DNA from: Eledone cirrhosa
Lineage: Eukaryota
Direction of reading: 5' to 3'
DNA: 64,000 nucleotides
Assembly: GCA_964016885.1 (NCBI GenBank)
Contig: OZ024741.1
Coordinates: 395,188,001 to 395,252,000, forward strand
The position numbers were made by a program, and so were the translations under genes. Position 1 is the stretch's first letter. Each line of letters starts with the position of its first letter. Shown here piece by piece: positions 11,904-24,487 of the stretch. The notes below the pieces were generated by a model. The model was not told where the DNA came from, ran no database searches, and was given only the letters and a program-made list of their open reading frames with translations.

Positions 11904-14074
11904 GATACATGACATACCCTGAGATATTAAATGGTTAAGATTTAATCAAGGTAGTGATTAACCCAAGAGAAAAGTTTACTTATATAGCCTAATTAAGAAA
12001 ATGCGAAAACGTAATAGATTCATTAGAGAATGTGTGAGTAAGAAAAAACGTTGCTTACTGTAACTGTTCTAAAAGTTTTTAAAATGTATGATTCTACGAT
12101 ATATCTAGGAAAACGTCTCATGAATCATAACAGCCAGTGATAGCCACTGGAAAAAGATTTATAAAGAGGGAAAGATAAGGGGGGTGAGGGTGATATATGC
12201 AGATGGAGATTTTTTTTCCAAAAGTTAAACGGTTAAATTTGAAAATATTTAATTTATAATATTAGGGTGAAGACTGCAGATTTCAGTATTATTTGCTGGT
12301 TATTTATATATTATTTTTATAAATTCGATAAGTGTGTTATCATTTCTAAACTTCTGAATTTTATGAGGGTAGCATTTAAAGGATTTAGGTATTAAACTAA
12401 ATTATAAGCATAGATAGGAAGATAGATAGAGAAATAAAGAAATAAGGAAATGATAGTATTGATCAAAGTTAACAAAATAATGTTGTGTGTATCAGCGTTT
12501 AGGCATGTTAATGAACAAATGTCATTTATTCGAGCCTTGTTTCTTCTATAGAAAGCTATAAAATAAAGCAATATTAAAGGCCATTAATGTTTTTCACTGT
12601 TGATTTTATATTCCTATTATATATATGTTGATTATATATTCCGATTATATATCTATGCTTATAATTTAGTATAATACCTAATCCTTACATATTTACGGAA
12701 TTTATATATAACTGTGAATTTTTAATACATTTTTGATCTCTTTTAAATTTTAGTTTAATACCAATCCATAATTCTTTATGAAACTTATCTATAACTGTGA
12801 ATTTTTAATGAGTTTTTGATCTCTTATTTATAGTATAATATAATATAGTATAGGCATATATTTCTTTTAAATATATTTACTGCACTATAAAATCTAAAAT
12901 TTAAGACAAATATATATGTGAATATAAATGTGAATTTTTGCTGCGCTTTTGATCTCTTATTTATAATATAATGTATTATAATATGTATGTAGTTATATAT
13001 TATATTTTATATATTTTTAAATACTTTTAATTATACCTACCACATTTCTATATGTATGATTCAAATATAGAGAAAATATCCAAACTAAAAATTATTATAG
13101 ACATTATTTTAAACTCTGAATTATCCATGCACTCATTATTGTTTTTCTTATATATATATATATGTATTTAAATGTAACACGTTGAACTCTATTTTATAAA
13201 ATTATAACTGTTATTATTTACCTAAAGTATACTACACTAATAATACCTAATATATATCTATATATATATATACCTCCCTGTTTCTAATAATATGTTGATA
13301 TCTTGGTTGAAGAATAATTAGTACATTTACACCCAGTTATACATAGGTGTATATTTATCCTTAACATGCTTCAATCTATTATCTTATTTTATTTTTATCT
13401 TCGTCGTTATTATTTACCTTACACATACTGGCTCATTAATATACACCTATATACATAATAGTTAGTTATTTAAATATTTATAGCAATAAGTACTTCAAAA
13501 GCTTTACATATCTAATATGTTAGTATTTTTGTTAAAGGTTAAATTTAGGTAAATAATCAACAGCATAATATTTCATTCTTTATGTGCCAGCTAAATCCTT
13601 TAAATGTTACCCTCATAAAATTCAGAAGTTTAGAAATGATAACACACTTATCGAATTTATAAAAATAATATATAAATAACCAGCAAATAATCCTGAAATC
13701 TGGAGTCTTCACCCTAATATTATAAATTAAATATTTTCAAATTTAACCGTTTATCTTTCGGAAAAAAATCTCCTTCTGCATATATCACCCCTCCCCCTTA
13801 TCTTTCCCTCTTTATAAATCTTTTTCCAGTGGCTATCACTGGCTGTTATGATTCATGAGACGTTTTCCCAGATATATCGTAGTATCATACATTTTAAAAA
13901 CTTTTAGAACAGTTACAGTAAGCAACGTTTTTTCTTACTCACACATTCTCTAATGAATTTATTACGTTTTTGCATTTTCTCATAATTAGGCTATATAAGT
14001 AAACTTTTCTCTTGGGTTAATCACTACCTTGATTAAATCTTAACCATTTAACATCTCAGGGTATGTCATGTATC

Positions 14075-14137
14075 ATTATATTTTGTCTGATGAGGACGTA
14101 CTGTTGTACATCCGAAATATGTATAATAAAATGTAAT
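14075..14137 (+). ncRNA. Type I minimal hammerhead ribozyme with intact core
   Basis: 12-bp stem I attatattttgt/ataaaatgtaat (two G-U pairs), CTGATGA at 14087, stem II ggacgtac/gtacatcc, GAAA at 14114, stem III ATA-tg-TAT, cleavage predicted after A14125. Confidence 0.85.
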
Positions 14138-14181
14138 TGATCAAAAGAACATCTATTTTATTAATATTTATATTTTAATAT

Positions 14182-14228
<47 letters not shown>

Positions 14229-14561
14229 ATACTTCGTTTTGTAATCTGTTTTGCAAGATTTCTCATCTGAAAAAGTGTGTTGAAACAGATATTGTTATAC
14301 TTTGGGAGGGTCATGCTGCCAATAAAAACACACGCACCTTTGATTTCACTTCTATTCATTATAAATTTCCGGGACTGGTTTCTTATTTTGTGTCTCTCCT
14401 TTGTCACTGAAGAGGTCACATAATGTGTGACGAAAGACCTTTGACAATATATATAAACAGCCATCCAGTTATTGAACCAACCAACGGGAAATTTATAATA
14501 AATTGTAGTGAAAACCAACACGTGCGAGTGTTTTTATTGGCAGCATGACCCTCCCAAAGTA

Positions 14562-14566
<5 letters not shown>
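14229..14566. mobile_element. Short Penelope-like pLTR fragment with inverted flank; same family as 1-35 and 41000-41250
   Basis: 14294-14370 is inverted at 14486-14566. The segments catgaccctcccaaag and cttgctaaacaaattcagaaacgaaat are shared with 41160-41250 and 1-35. Confidence 0.75.
14401..14447 (+). ncRNA. Minimal hammerhead-like motif
   Basis: ttgtca CTGAAGA g gtcacat aat gtgtgac GAAA gacc tt tgacaa: stem I is 6 bp, stem II is 7 bp, stem III is tiny. Confidence 0.7.
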
Positions 14567-14649
<83 letters not shown>

Positions 14650-14664
14650 TATATATATATATAT

Positions 14665-14955
14665 AAATGAAATTAGAATTTTATTTCTCGCCCTAGCACA
14701 GTTGATACATAAATGTAAGTATACATACGTACACATATATACATACGCACATATATATATATATACACACACATGTATACATATACATATGTATGTATGG
14801 GTTATATCGAACAGGTTTGATATAAACCATATGTACATATGTATATGTATATATGTGTATGTATATATATATATGTGTGTATGTGTGTACGTATGCATAC
14901 TTACATTTATGTATCAACTGTGCTAGGGCGAGAAATAAAATTCTAATTTTATTTT
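14665..14955. repeat. ~290 bp imperfect palindrome (inverted pLTR end)
   Basis: tagaattttatttctcgccctagcacagttgatacataaatgtaagtat pairs with its reverse complement at 14895-14945; the centre is near 14812. Confidence 0.9.
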
Positions 14956-15073
14956 TAATATTCGGCAAGGCCAGCCGTAAGTAGCTCGGTATGCAAATGA
15001 GGCTACTCAGATGATGTATACTTAAGAAAATACTATATACTTTCAACCATTCAACAGACTGGCAGAGGTATAC

Positions 15074-15112
15074 AGTCCTGATGAAGGGTAATGACCCGGA
15101 AACATGTTGATT
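15074..15112 (+). ncRNA. Minimal hammerhead-like motif
   Basis: agtc CTGATGA a gggt aatg accc g GAAA catg tt gatt, with palindromic stem III ACATGT. Confidence 0.55.
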
Positions 15113-15271
15113 ATTCCTCAATGCCAGTGTTGAACAAATGGATGACGATTTATCATCTGCACGGCACAGCTTTAATTGGGCCGTCAGGTTACAAACGAAT
15201 CGAATATTATTATTAATGTTCGTTATAACCCATACGTACATATGTATATGTATATATGTGTGTGTATATAT

Positions 15272-15680
15272 ATCATCATCATCATCATCATCTTCGTTTA
15301 ACGTCCATTTTCCACGCTAGCATGGGTTAGACGGGAGTTGTCCCACTTGAGGCAAGGCTGGTTGGGTGATCGTGTCTCGCTCATATACGACTGTCTGGCA
15401 GGTTTTCTACGGCTGGATGCCCTTCCTAATACCAACCACATTTACAGTGTGGAACTGGGAACTTTTTACCGTGTTACCTACACGGCCACATTACAGCGTG
15501 GACTGTGTGTTTTTTTGTCGTGACACCTACACGATCTCGTGCTGTTGGTGAGAGTGGGAGGATAGGGTAGGGGTAGTGGATTGGCGTGTATATTTGGTTA
15601 AGAGGTGCCTACTGACTATAAGTTTCGCTTTGTACATAGGCAAGGCGGGTCTTCTGTATTACTGCGTAGCGCCAAAATAT
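15272..15680 (-). mobile_element. RTE-related SINE or LINE 3' end with (GAT)n tail
   Basis: (atc)n-gtttaacgtccattttccacgctagcatgggttagacgg..ggctggatgcccttcct; the same tail occurs in the opposite orientation at 50142-50200. Confidence 0.7.
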
Positions 15681-15739
15681 TTATATATATATGTGTGTGT
15701 GTGTACATATGCATACTTACATATATATATAGGAGACAA

Positions 15740-16680
15740 CACACAGAGGTACAAAAAGTCTTATTAGTTTATACTGGAAAGAGGAAAGAAAGTTTGATGT
15801 GTCAGGCTTAAGCCCTTCTTCAGGAGTACAAAATAAAGACAGGGTCGCAATGGAGAAACAGAAAAAAGGTCCAGTAAAGACAAAAAAAAACAAACTAAAT
15901 GAAGAGGGAAACCAAGAAACCCGTTAGGTAGTCCTTGGTAATGAGTAGGAATGTAAAAGTGGAGTGTGGTGTATCAGTATCGTTATATGTGTGAGAGTAA
16001 GTTTAAGTTTAAATGTTTGTGATTTTCTAGGTAAATTTTGTGTGTGTATAAAATATCGGTAGTGTAGCGTATGTCCGTGAGATGTGTGGAATTGTATGTG
16101 TGAGTGTATGATTAAACTTCAACATGTGTATGTATGTTGAAGTTTATGTGTACGTGAAAAGTATCCAACTGTGATATGTATGTAAGCGTGTATGTATTAA
16201 TGAGTATGAGTCATTGAATAAAGGACGTATGTTTAGTGTGTGATACAGAGTATATGACAGAGCGTACTAGAGAAACATGGTTGGCACATTAAGGTTGGTG
16301 GGAAGAAAGGTTGGTAAGGGAAAAATAAGTTGCTGTTCTCTCCACCAACGCAAGTCAGGGGTCTGGCACAATGTGCTAGCCCGAAGATATTGAGGTGGCA
16401 TGTGGAATGGCCCGCGGATAGAGTTGGGTAGCCAATCTGGATGTCCTGGAGGTGTTCAGCAAATCTGTCAGCCAGACGATGGCCAGTTTGATCAAGGTAG
16501 ATAGCTCCACACAGAGTACAACGGAGCCCATAGTAAAGGGTGGTGGAGGTGTAGCTGAAAGTGTCCTTAGCCTGGAAGGACCGGTCATTGGCATGAAAAA
16601 GGGTGTGGGTGTGGGAAATAAAGCCTCATGTATGGCTGTGGGGTTAGGAACAGGGGTGGGAACTAAGAGATGTGTAGCGA
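15740..16680 (-). mobile_element. Penelope-like (Neptune-type) 3' fragment: GIY-YIG remnant plus pLTR with decayed hammerhead
   Basis: Minus strand about 16535-16400 reads YGLRCTLCGAIYLDQTGHRLADRFAEHLQDIQ. At about 15795-15828 the minus strand has CTGAAGA agggc ttaa gcct GACA. Confidence 0.7.
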
Positions 16681-16681
16681 C

Positions 16682-17920
16682 GAAGAGACGGATTTTCAGG
16701 TCCGACTCCCACACTGACCTCAAACTGTGACACGCCACCCAGGCTTTGCTTTTCTTCTCCACCACATCGTCCTCTGTGTTCCCAATCTTTGCTCCCAAAT
16801 ACAGGAAGTCCTCAACCAACTCTAGCAGCTTCCCGCCTACATTCATAATCTTCTCTGGCTTCTTAATGTTCTCTGCCAGATACTTCATCTTAATATCATT
16901 CATTTGCAGCCCCACACTCATCGACACAGTCTCCACCTCCTGCATTAACTTCTCTGCCTCCTTCACTGTGTTTGTCATCAGCAAATTCAGCATCTGATAT
17001 CTTTTTAACCTTAACTCTCCTGCTCTGAGCCGGTGTTACAGTAAAGCCAGAGTCCTGGTGTTTCTCCAGTGCAAGGTGCATACAATAGTCCACTACGATG
17101 ATAAAAAGGTAGGGAGCCAATGTATCTCCCTGGAGCACTCCAGCCAGTATCTCAAAGAACTCCATCATCCCATAAGGTGTAATGACTTGGGCTTTGGTGT
17201 TGGTGTAGAGCAGTAATATCAGGTCCACTATATCCTTGGGGATTCCATAAGCCTATAAGATCTTCATCAAGTAGTGACAGTCCACAGAATCAAAGGCCTT
17301 CCTGAATTCAATGAAAACCATGTCAACTGCTCTCTTCACACTTCTGATCTTCTCCATTAATGCCTCCTCTCTGGCCTCAGTGTAAGTGGTACAGAGTTCT
17401 TCCCTCATCACCTCCACATTCTCTTTCCTCTCCTCATTAGGATTAGCATGGAATTGGTCCTTGGCAGCTTTCAGGTGTTCTTTTGGCTGCACACACTTTT
17501 GGGTCTGCAGAACTGACGTTCTTCCTCTTCCCCTCTTTCCTCACCAGAATGAAATAAATCTTGGACTTGGACAGGTGCATATCTGAGATGTAGGTCCACA
17601 TCTTCCCCAGATTCTTCCTAAACCTTAGGTTGGTAGCTATTAAGTTCGCCTCCAGCAGGATGTCCCTCAGTAGTCTTCTGTTTCGGTTGGTGTTATTATG
17701 GAAGTACCAGCAAGGATTTTCACTGCTCTCCTTACTCAGATGTATATTGAAGTCACCCAGAAAAAGTAGGGTGTTATGAGATTGTGTGGTGTTGACAGCT
17801 CTACACACTTCCTCATGGAACTCCTCTGCACTCACATCACTGTCCCCTGAGATGACTGTCAGCCTTGGGTTTCCACTGAAGGTCACCCCTCAACACTCAT
17901 GGGGAATGGGGAGACAGGTA
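16682..17920 (-). mobile_element. RTE-like LINE fragments (APE and RT) with internal deletions
   Basis: FLGDFN, FIEFRKAFDSV, GVLQGDTLAPYLFIIVVDY, EFADD, VEDFLYLG. Confidence 0.88.
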
Positions 17921-18169
17921 TGATCTCCCTCACTAATAGATTGGTTATTATATATATATACATACATATATACTTATACATATATATATACATATGCATA
18001 CAAAGAACACTCGAGAATCTTTGAAATTTTTTCTTTTCAGGCACTTTAATACATCCTTAATATAGTTTTAATAAACTAACATACCAAATCGTTTTTCTTT
18101 TCAGGCTGAAGTTTCAAGCCACTTCAGCACTTTAAATACTACCCATCATACATGTCACAACTGACTGAT

Positions 18170-19100
18170 TCCACAATGCAGTTGGAATGTGAGGACAAGT
18201 TAGAGGCTTGATATGCAATAAAGTTTTGTGTCAAGCTCAGCAAAAACTGTTTACAGACTAACTTTCATGAACCAGGCGACTGTATTCTGCTGGCACAAGA
18301 GGTTCCAGGAGGACAGGGATTAGGTGAGAGACAATGAGAGGTGTGACAGGGAGAGGGACATCTGAACACCAAATTCATAAATTTCTGGACAAGGACCATC
18401 ATGTATCTCTTCTGGCAATTGCTAAACAATTTGAAGTGGCAGAGTCATTCATAATGATCTGAACATGCACAAATTTTGTGCAAAGTTTGTTCCTAGAGTG
18501 TTCAATGAAGATCAAAGGCAGAGTCACATTGATGATAGCAGGCAGGTGGTAGAGTGTATTGCTTTGAATCCAAGTGTCCTTGAGTCTCTGGTAAACTGTG
18601 ACGAGAGCTGGGTCTACTGTTATGATGCAGAGACCAAGAGATAGAGTGCCTAGAGGAAACATCCTGGCTCCCCAAGACCAAAGAAGGCCAGGCAAAGCAG
18701 ATCCACTGGTAAGCTCATGATGATCCCATTCTTCAATAGCAAGGGAATCATCTACATCCATGGGGCCCCCATGACCAGACAGTCAACAAAGAGTACTATG
18801 TAGAGGTTTTGAGACAGGTCAGAAAGAGGTTTCATTGCAAGAGACCTGAACTCTTCAAGTCTGGTCAGTGGCACCTGCACCAGGAAAATTCCCCCTGCCA
18901 CAAATCCATCCTGGCGACCAACTACTTGGCCAATGTGGGGATCAAGACTGTCCTTCACCCTCCCTACAATCCAGATATAGCTCCATGCGACTTTTGGATG
19001 TTCCTGAAGCTAAAGGAGAAGCTCACGTTTATCCACTTTGAGGATGTGGAGATGAAGGAGACTGTGACAAATGCCCTGGATACCTTCACTTTGGAGGACT
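18170..19100 (+). mobile_element. Decayed Tc1/mariner (mariner-type) transposase
   Basis: DESWVYCYD, PRPKKARQSRSTGKLM, WHLHQENSPCH, HPPYNPDIAPCDFWMF (the YSPDLAP motif). No TIRs identified. Confidence 0.9.
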
Positions 19101-19104
19101 ACAT

Positions 19105-19985
19105 TCCATATGCTTTGACATCTTGGACCTATGTGATTTAAGACAAGACTTGATCAAGCAAAGAGATCATGAGGCAAGACAACAATACAATGCTGTGAAT
19201 AGGAAGGTCAGGAAGAAAATAAGGGAAACCTAAGAGAAGTGGATATCAGACCAGTGCAAAAAACATCGAAGCTGGAATAAAAAAAGGGCAACAGTAAGGC
19301 TACTTATGAAACCCTCAAAATGCTAACAAAACGAAAGCAACATACCACCACTGCCATTGAGGACAAAATTGGCTTGCTCCTCACAGACTAGGTCCATGTC
19401 ATAAAAAGATGGTCTGAGTATTACAAAGACCTTTATAACCACAATCTCAGACATGACATCAATATCCTGGAGAATTCTACCAATAAGAACAATGAAATTG
19501 TGGATACTCCAAATCTCCAGGAGGAAGTTAAAGAGGTGGTGCACATACTCAAAGATGGTAAATACTCTGGATTCAATAACATTCCATCAGAGCTCCTAAA
19601 ACATGGATAGCCAAAACTTATCAAGGCACTGACTGTTACCTTTCAGAAGATATTGGAAACAAAGGTGTGGACCCAATCACTGATGATACCCATTCCCCCA
19701 AAAAAGGAAACTCTGCCAGAACTACAGAGCAATCAGCCTAATTACAGAACCCCAGCAAAGTACTGCTACGAGTTTTTCTAAAGAGATTTAAAGGAAAGAC
19801 AGGAGAAATCCTAGGAGAAGAACAGGCAGGATTCAGGCTGGAAAGAAATACAATAGAGCAGATATTTAACATCTGTGACTGAGAAACACCTTTATCATAA
19901 CTTCATCGACTTTAAAAATGCTTTAACCATGGTTTGTGGAAGGTGATGAAAGATTCCAGCTTTGACATTAACCTCATTCAAGTAA
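19105..19985 (+). mobile_element. RTE-like LINE RT fragment (many stops)
   Basis: IPSELLKHG, PKKG..CQNYRAISL, LGEEQAGFR..RNTIEQIFNI, FIDFKNA. Confidence 0.8.
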
Positions 19986-20174
19986 TTAACCCTTTAATGT
20001 TCAAACTGGCCAAAACCGGCCAGAATTCTCTACCTCTTTCTATTGAAACTGGCTATAACTGGCCACTCAAACTGATGTTAAGGTATTGTTCTCAAAATAA
20101 ATACTTTGAAAATCTCATAGATTCGATATTATGTGAGATAATTATGTGAGATACTTTACCTTCTTTATTTCAGG

Positions 20175-21420
20175 AATGGAAAACTGACATCAATTCTGCT
20201 CCCCTACTCCAGTACCTAATCCCTTCTTCCAGAAAATTCCAAAACTTAAGAGCTGCAACCATCAACTTAGGTACTATGTGAGGAAGATCAGGTGAGATCA
20301 TAGAGATGTTAGAGCAAAAGAAAGTGGATGTGTGTTGTGTACAAGAGGCTAGGTGGAGAGGAGGATCAGTTAAACTTCTTGTTGGTAAACAATGATGCCA
20401 CAAATTTTTCTGGGTGGGTAATGGTTATGGGCTTAAATGGGTGATGATGAACTAGTCATCATAGTAGGTGAATTTAAGGGACATATTGGGACACACTGTG
20501 ACAGCTTCTATGGGGTCCATGGAGGCTTTGGCACAAAAAATGAAGAAAGATCAAGACTCCTCAAATTCTGAGATGCCAATGTAATACAAATTTCAGAAAA
20601 TCAGCCAACTACATGATCAATTATAGATCTGGTGATCACATTGGTCAAATTGACTTTATCCTTACCAGAAAGCGGGATAGAGTGATGTTCAAAACTTGGT
20701 GAGGAATGCACCTACCAACATAACCTAGTAGTTAATGACTTTTAAGTTAGGAAATTAACCTAGAGGCAGAGAGCAATCTGGAGGAGAAGGGTATGGAAGT
20801 TGAGGGAGCCCTCAGCCAACAACAAATTTAGGAATATCTTGCTTGATGCTTTTGACAACAAGGAAAAAAAAATAGCGACATACAATATTGGGGAGCAGTG
20901 GGAGTTCCTAAGAGATAATCTGCTGGAGTCCCCACTCCAGCAGATTATCAAGGAGAAAGAGAGTAACTTGGTGGAGGAGAAGTAGGGTGGATGAGGCATG
21001 TAAGTAAATTAAAATAAACAGGTATGGAAAGTATGACAAAATGGGGGAAGCAGAGAACATTGCCAGGAAATTAGGAGAAAAGCTAAACAACAAGTATATT
21101 TTGCAAGGAGGAAAATAAAAAATTCAAGCATGTTTGGCCATGTGAGGTGTAAGGAATTCAGGCAATGTGTCAGGGAAAACTGCGATGTTGGAGAGAAGTG
21201 CATCCGAGATGACAATGATGCGCTTACCCTTCCTGATACTGAATAGAAAGTAGTATGGAAATGCCATTATGAGAGACTGCTGAATGAGGAAATTGAATTG
21301 GATAAAGATAGTCTGCCCCAAGCTAACCCAAAAGAGGGACCAACTGTGCAAGTTAGCAGCAGTGTCGTAAGTAAGGCAATTAAAGATATGAAGACAGGAA
21401 AATCAGCTGAGTCAACTGCT
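20175..21420 (+). mobile_element. RTE/BovB-like LINE APE and linker fragment
   Basis: ATINLGTM, EMLEQKKVDVCCVQEARWRG, QIDFILTRK, HNLVV, KAIKDMKTGKSA. Confidence 0.8.
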
Positions 21421-21635
21421 TTGCTGATATTGAGTGCAACCACTATTTTCACAAAATTTCTCAAGGGCAAGGGTCTACCGGTGAGTGACATAAAAAAGTT
21501 GATCTGGCTTTACAAAAGCTGTACTGGTGGTCTGTGAGAAGAAATTTATTAATTGTTACTTCCTTTATCTTTGGGGTGCTGGAAGTGAATAAGATGGAAT
21601 GATTGATTTAGGGTCAGAGATGTTGCTTTTCTTCG

Positions 21636-21640
<5 letters not shown>

Positions 21641-21715
<75 letters not shown>
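21641..21715. repeat. (GA)n microsatellite
   Basis: Read directly. Confidence 0.98.
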
Positions 21716-21718
<3 letters not shown>

Positions 21719-22329
21719 AAGATTGAAGAGTTTGGTAAGGATAGGAGCCAGCTCTGACAAATTGCAAGATTTGATTGTCTTCCACACACATCTGCACATT
21801 AATGATTTGTTTGAAGTCACTTGTAACCCCTTATATTTGAATGTAGTTAAAATCAACATCTATTTCCCAGTAACATTCTGCACACAAACACGATCTTCAT
21901 GTAAGTATGACATCTTACATTAGAAATGCATTGTTTTTATGAAATGCAGCATAGAGTATTTCTGTCAGACTTACAATGTAAACATTGCGGTCAACAGAAA
22001 GCTAGTTTCCTTTATCAGCATCAAGACAAGGCCATTAGTCATATCAAGGAAATAATCTCAAAATACTACACTCTCTATGAATGAGCAAGATTTGCTGGCT
22101 ACTGCCATCGTGCCATCTATGAGGCTATGTCCCTATTAGTGCTTTGGAAACCCCAAGCAGTCACTAAATACAAGGGGCACAAGCTCTCCTATCCTGATGT
22201 CATCTCAGGTATTCTGGTATTGAAATCCAAAATTTGGCAACAACAATGAATGACAGACCCACATAGAGATCAATTGTTGAGTCGATTTCGGCTGAGGCCA
22301 CCAGATGATGATGATGATGATGATGAATG

Positions 22330-22900
22330 AGCATCACAACCAATGCCCTCAAAGTTCCTATAAATGCCCAGACAATCTTACCATAGCCAATATCTATCTA
22401 TAACATATTGCCAAAACTGCATCATAAGTTTAGGCTTCTACTTTAGAATAGAAAATAGTTTGGCTCTCACCTTTACAAAGTAAAAGTATGATCCACAAGG
22501 ACAGTGCTGTTGTTGTATTAATAAACATGTGATATTACATTCAATAGAAGTCCATCCAGTTCATTGGCAAATATTTTATCATCAAGGCACTATAAACACT
22601 AACTTACATATGTGCTGTTTATTCTCTATTTCTCTTCTTTTTATTGGACTGGTATGACTGAACTAGATTCTACAATGATTGTTTAACTGCACCAGTAAAC
22701 TTTATATCATCTGTACCCACTTAATGTATTTATGTCACCTTTCTATATATTATTTTCCCAGTGGATCAGACACAAAGGTTCAAACTAAATAGCTTGATTC
22801 AGTCCTTCCTATAGGAACCATAGAATTCTGGAACTTCTTGGCTATAAGCATAAGTCTATAGAAGTTTAAGTTGAAGATGAATTGTGTCAACCTTTCTGGC
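22330..22900 (+). mobile_element. Old CR1/Jockey-like LINE 3' fragment; related copy at 50200-50370
   Basis: atattgccaaaactgcatcataagtttag...cattcaatagaagtccatccagttca is present at both sites, with IAKTAS.KLG and RTIEFWN-like residues. Confidence 0.5.
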
Positions 22901-23254
22901 AATAATGAGACACTTCCTATGTTCTGCTAACTAAATATAAAAAACAACTAACATCAGCAAAAAGAAACGTATTCAAAGGCAAAATATTTTGAATTTACCA
23001 AACAGACTGATTAAAACCAGATAATATTTTCATGACAGTTTTGTAAAATATTACAATGAAATATATGTTTTGCATGAGGCACAAACATTTGATTATTTTA
23101 ATTCTGTAATAATATTTAGACTTTGAAATTATTCCAATATTCTATGCCCCTTTGATTTATCATATTCAAAGCTCAGAATAATTTCAGGGATTAAATATTT
23201 TAACATCCAAAGTATCATAGTGGTGGATTGAATTGATATTTCCTGTAGTATTTA

Positions 23255-23405
23255 CCTTTTGTGTTCAAATTGTAATGCAGTCAACTTTGTCTTTCACATT
23301 TTCACAGCCAATAAAATAACATACCAATAAAGTACTGTGTTTGATTTTATCGATTATACTTTTTCTCAAATTTTGTGGCCTTGTGCCAATTGCAGAAATA
23401 AATAT
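23255..23405 (+). mobile_element. Degraded SINE copy, opposite orientation to the 6.6 kb copy
   Basis: gttcaaat..gtcaactttgtctttcac..aataaaataacatacca..tggccttgtgcc is the reverse complement of the SINE core. Confidence 0.65.
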
Positions 23406-23480
23406 AAAAACCTGATAAATCTTAATAAATTTACAGTTTTTCCGGGTAAAGATGTAAGATTAACTTAAGAGTGTACTCAC

Positions 23481-23775
23481 CTTAATATTATAATATATAG
23501 ATGTCATTATTGATTTTACAAATATCAAATGAGTCCCAGTGTCTAGGAACAACAGCCAGTCATAATCGTAGATTATTTCTGTTGTAAATATTAAATAAGT
23601 ATTCGGCACAATTAAGAATTGCATTCGATTTTTTTAATTAAATAAATTTAATCAACTAAATCGAGTTTGTATTCACATGCTGGCAATAATTTTTTTTGCA
23701 TAGTGTCAGTTGAAGGTGTTTCTAAAGTCTTACGCTGTATCAGGCAGGATTGTAATTTCTGATTTTTAAACATTT
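23481..23775 (-). other. Candidate spliced exon (295 bp) of an unknown, possibly non-coding transcript
   Basis: Minus-strand acceptor tttttttcttttcag at 23776-23790 and consensus donor AAG|GTGAGT at 23481/23480. It contains a 41-codon frame (MFKNQKLQSC...DLVD*). Confidence 0.35.
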
Positions 23776-23881
23776 CTGAAAAGAAAAAAATTGCAATATT
23801 ATTATCATACACACACAGAGATACATATACCTACATATATATACATATATATATATATCACAAAAAAAAAAAAAGAATCAG

Positions 23882-24320
23882 TGTTGCGACGAATGGAATT
23901 TATTGGACATATTACAATCGTTTCTCTGGCGACCAGCCCGAGGCACGATCGATGTGATGATTGAACCTGACTCTGAAATTGCAAGGTCCTCAGATACGTC
24001 TTGATTTTACGAAGCAGATTTTCCAAATGTCCTTTTACATAGATATCCTTCGCTTGTCGGCTTAGATCCTGTTGTCATTCCATGAGTGGTCAAGAATTGT
24101 ACACGTCATCGGTATTTCTAGCAACTAATGGTTGTCCACTATTTGGTACTTTACATTCTCCACCTGTCAATCAAATTTGTCTCTTAGATCGGAATTACTA
24201 CTGTAGTAGGTAAGGGGTTGTATGCTTGAACTTCTGGCGGCATTTCGGCGTCTTCACTGTCTTTAGGCGCCCTCGCCCACACTGATCACGCACACACCCG
24301 CAACTGTATTGTATGCGACA
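23882..24320 (-). mobile_element. Solo LTR (439 bp) of an LTR retrotransposon
   Basis: Termini TGTTGCGA...TGCGACA (TG..CA with imperfect inverted ends). Flanks ATCAG and ATCAC form a 5-bp TSD with one mismatch. AATAAA lies near the minus-strand 3' end. Confidence 0.65.
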
Positions 24321-24487
24321 ATCACCGTAAATAATGGTTGGAGGGAATTTTTAAAACAAATTGGAAAAATGTTTAGCATAACGTTTCAAGAACACAGCCT
24401 CAGAATACCTTAAAACATACATATTTCAAAAAGATGATAAAAAAAAACTCTGTAAGAGAACGTTTTAAAATGAATGCTTGGAACAGC

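Larger units (their letters stand above)
11797..14182. mobile_element. Penelope-like pLTR region with a ~590 bp inverted repeat (11797-12388 versus 13591-14182)
   Basis: The arms are near-identical reverse complements, each contains a hammerhead motif, and the right end abuts (TA)n. Confidence 0.8.
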
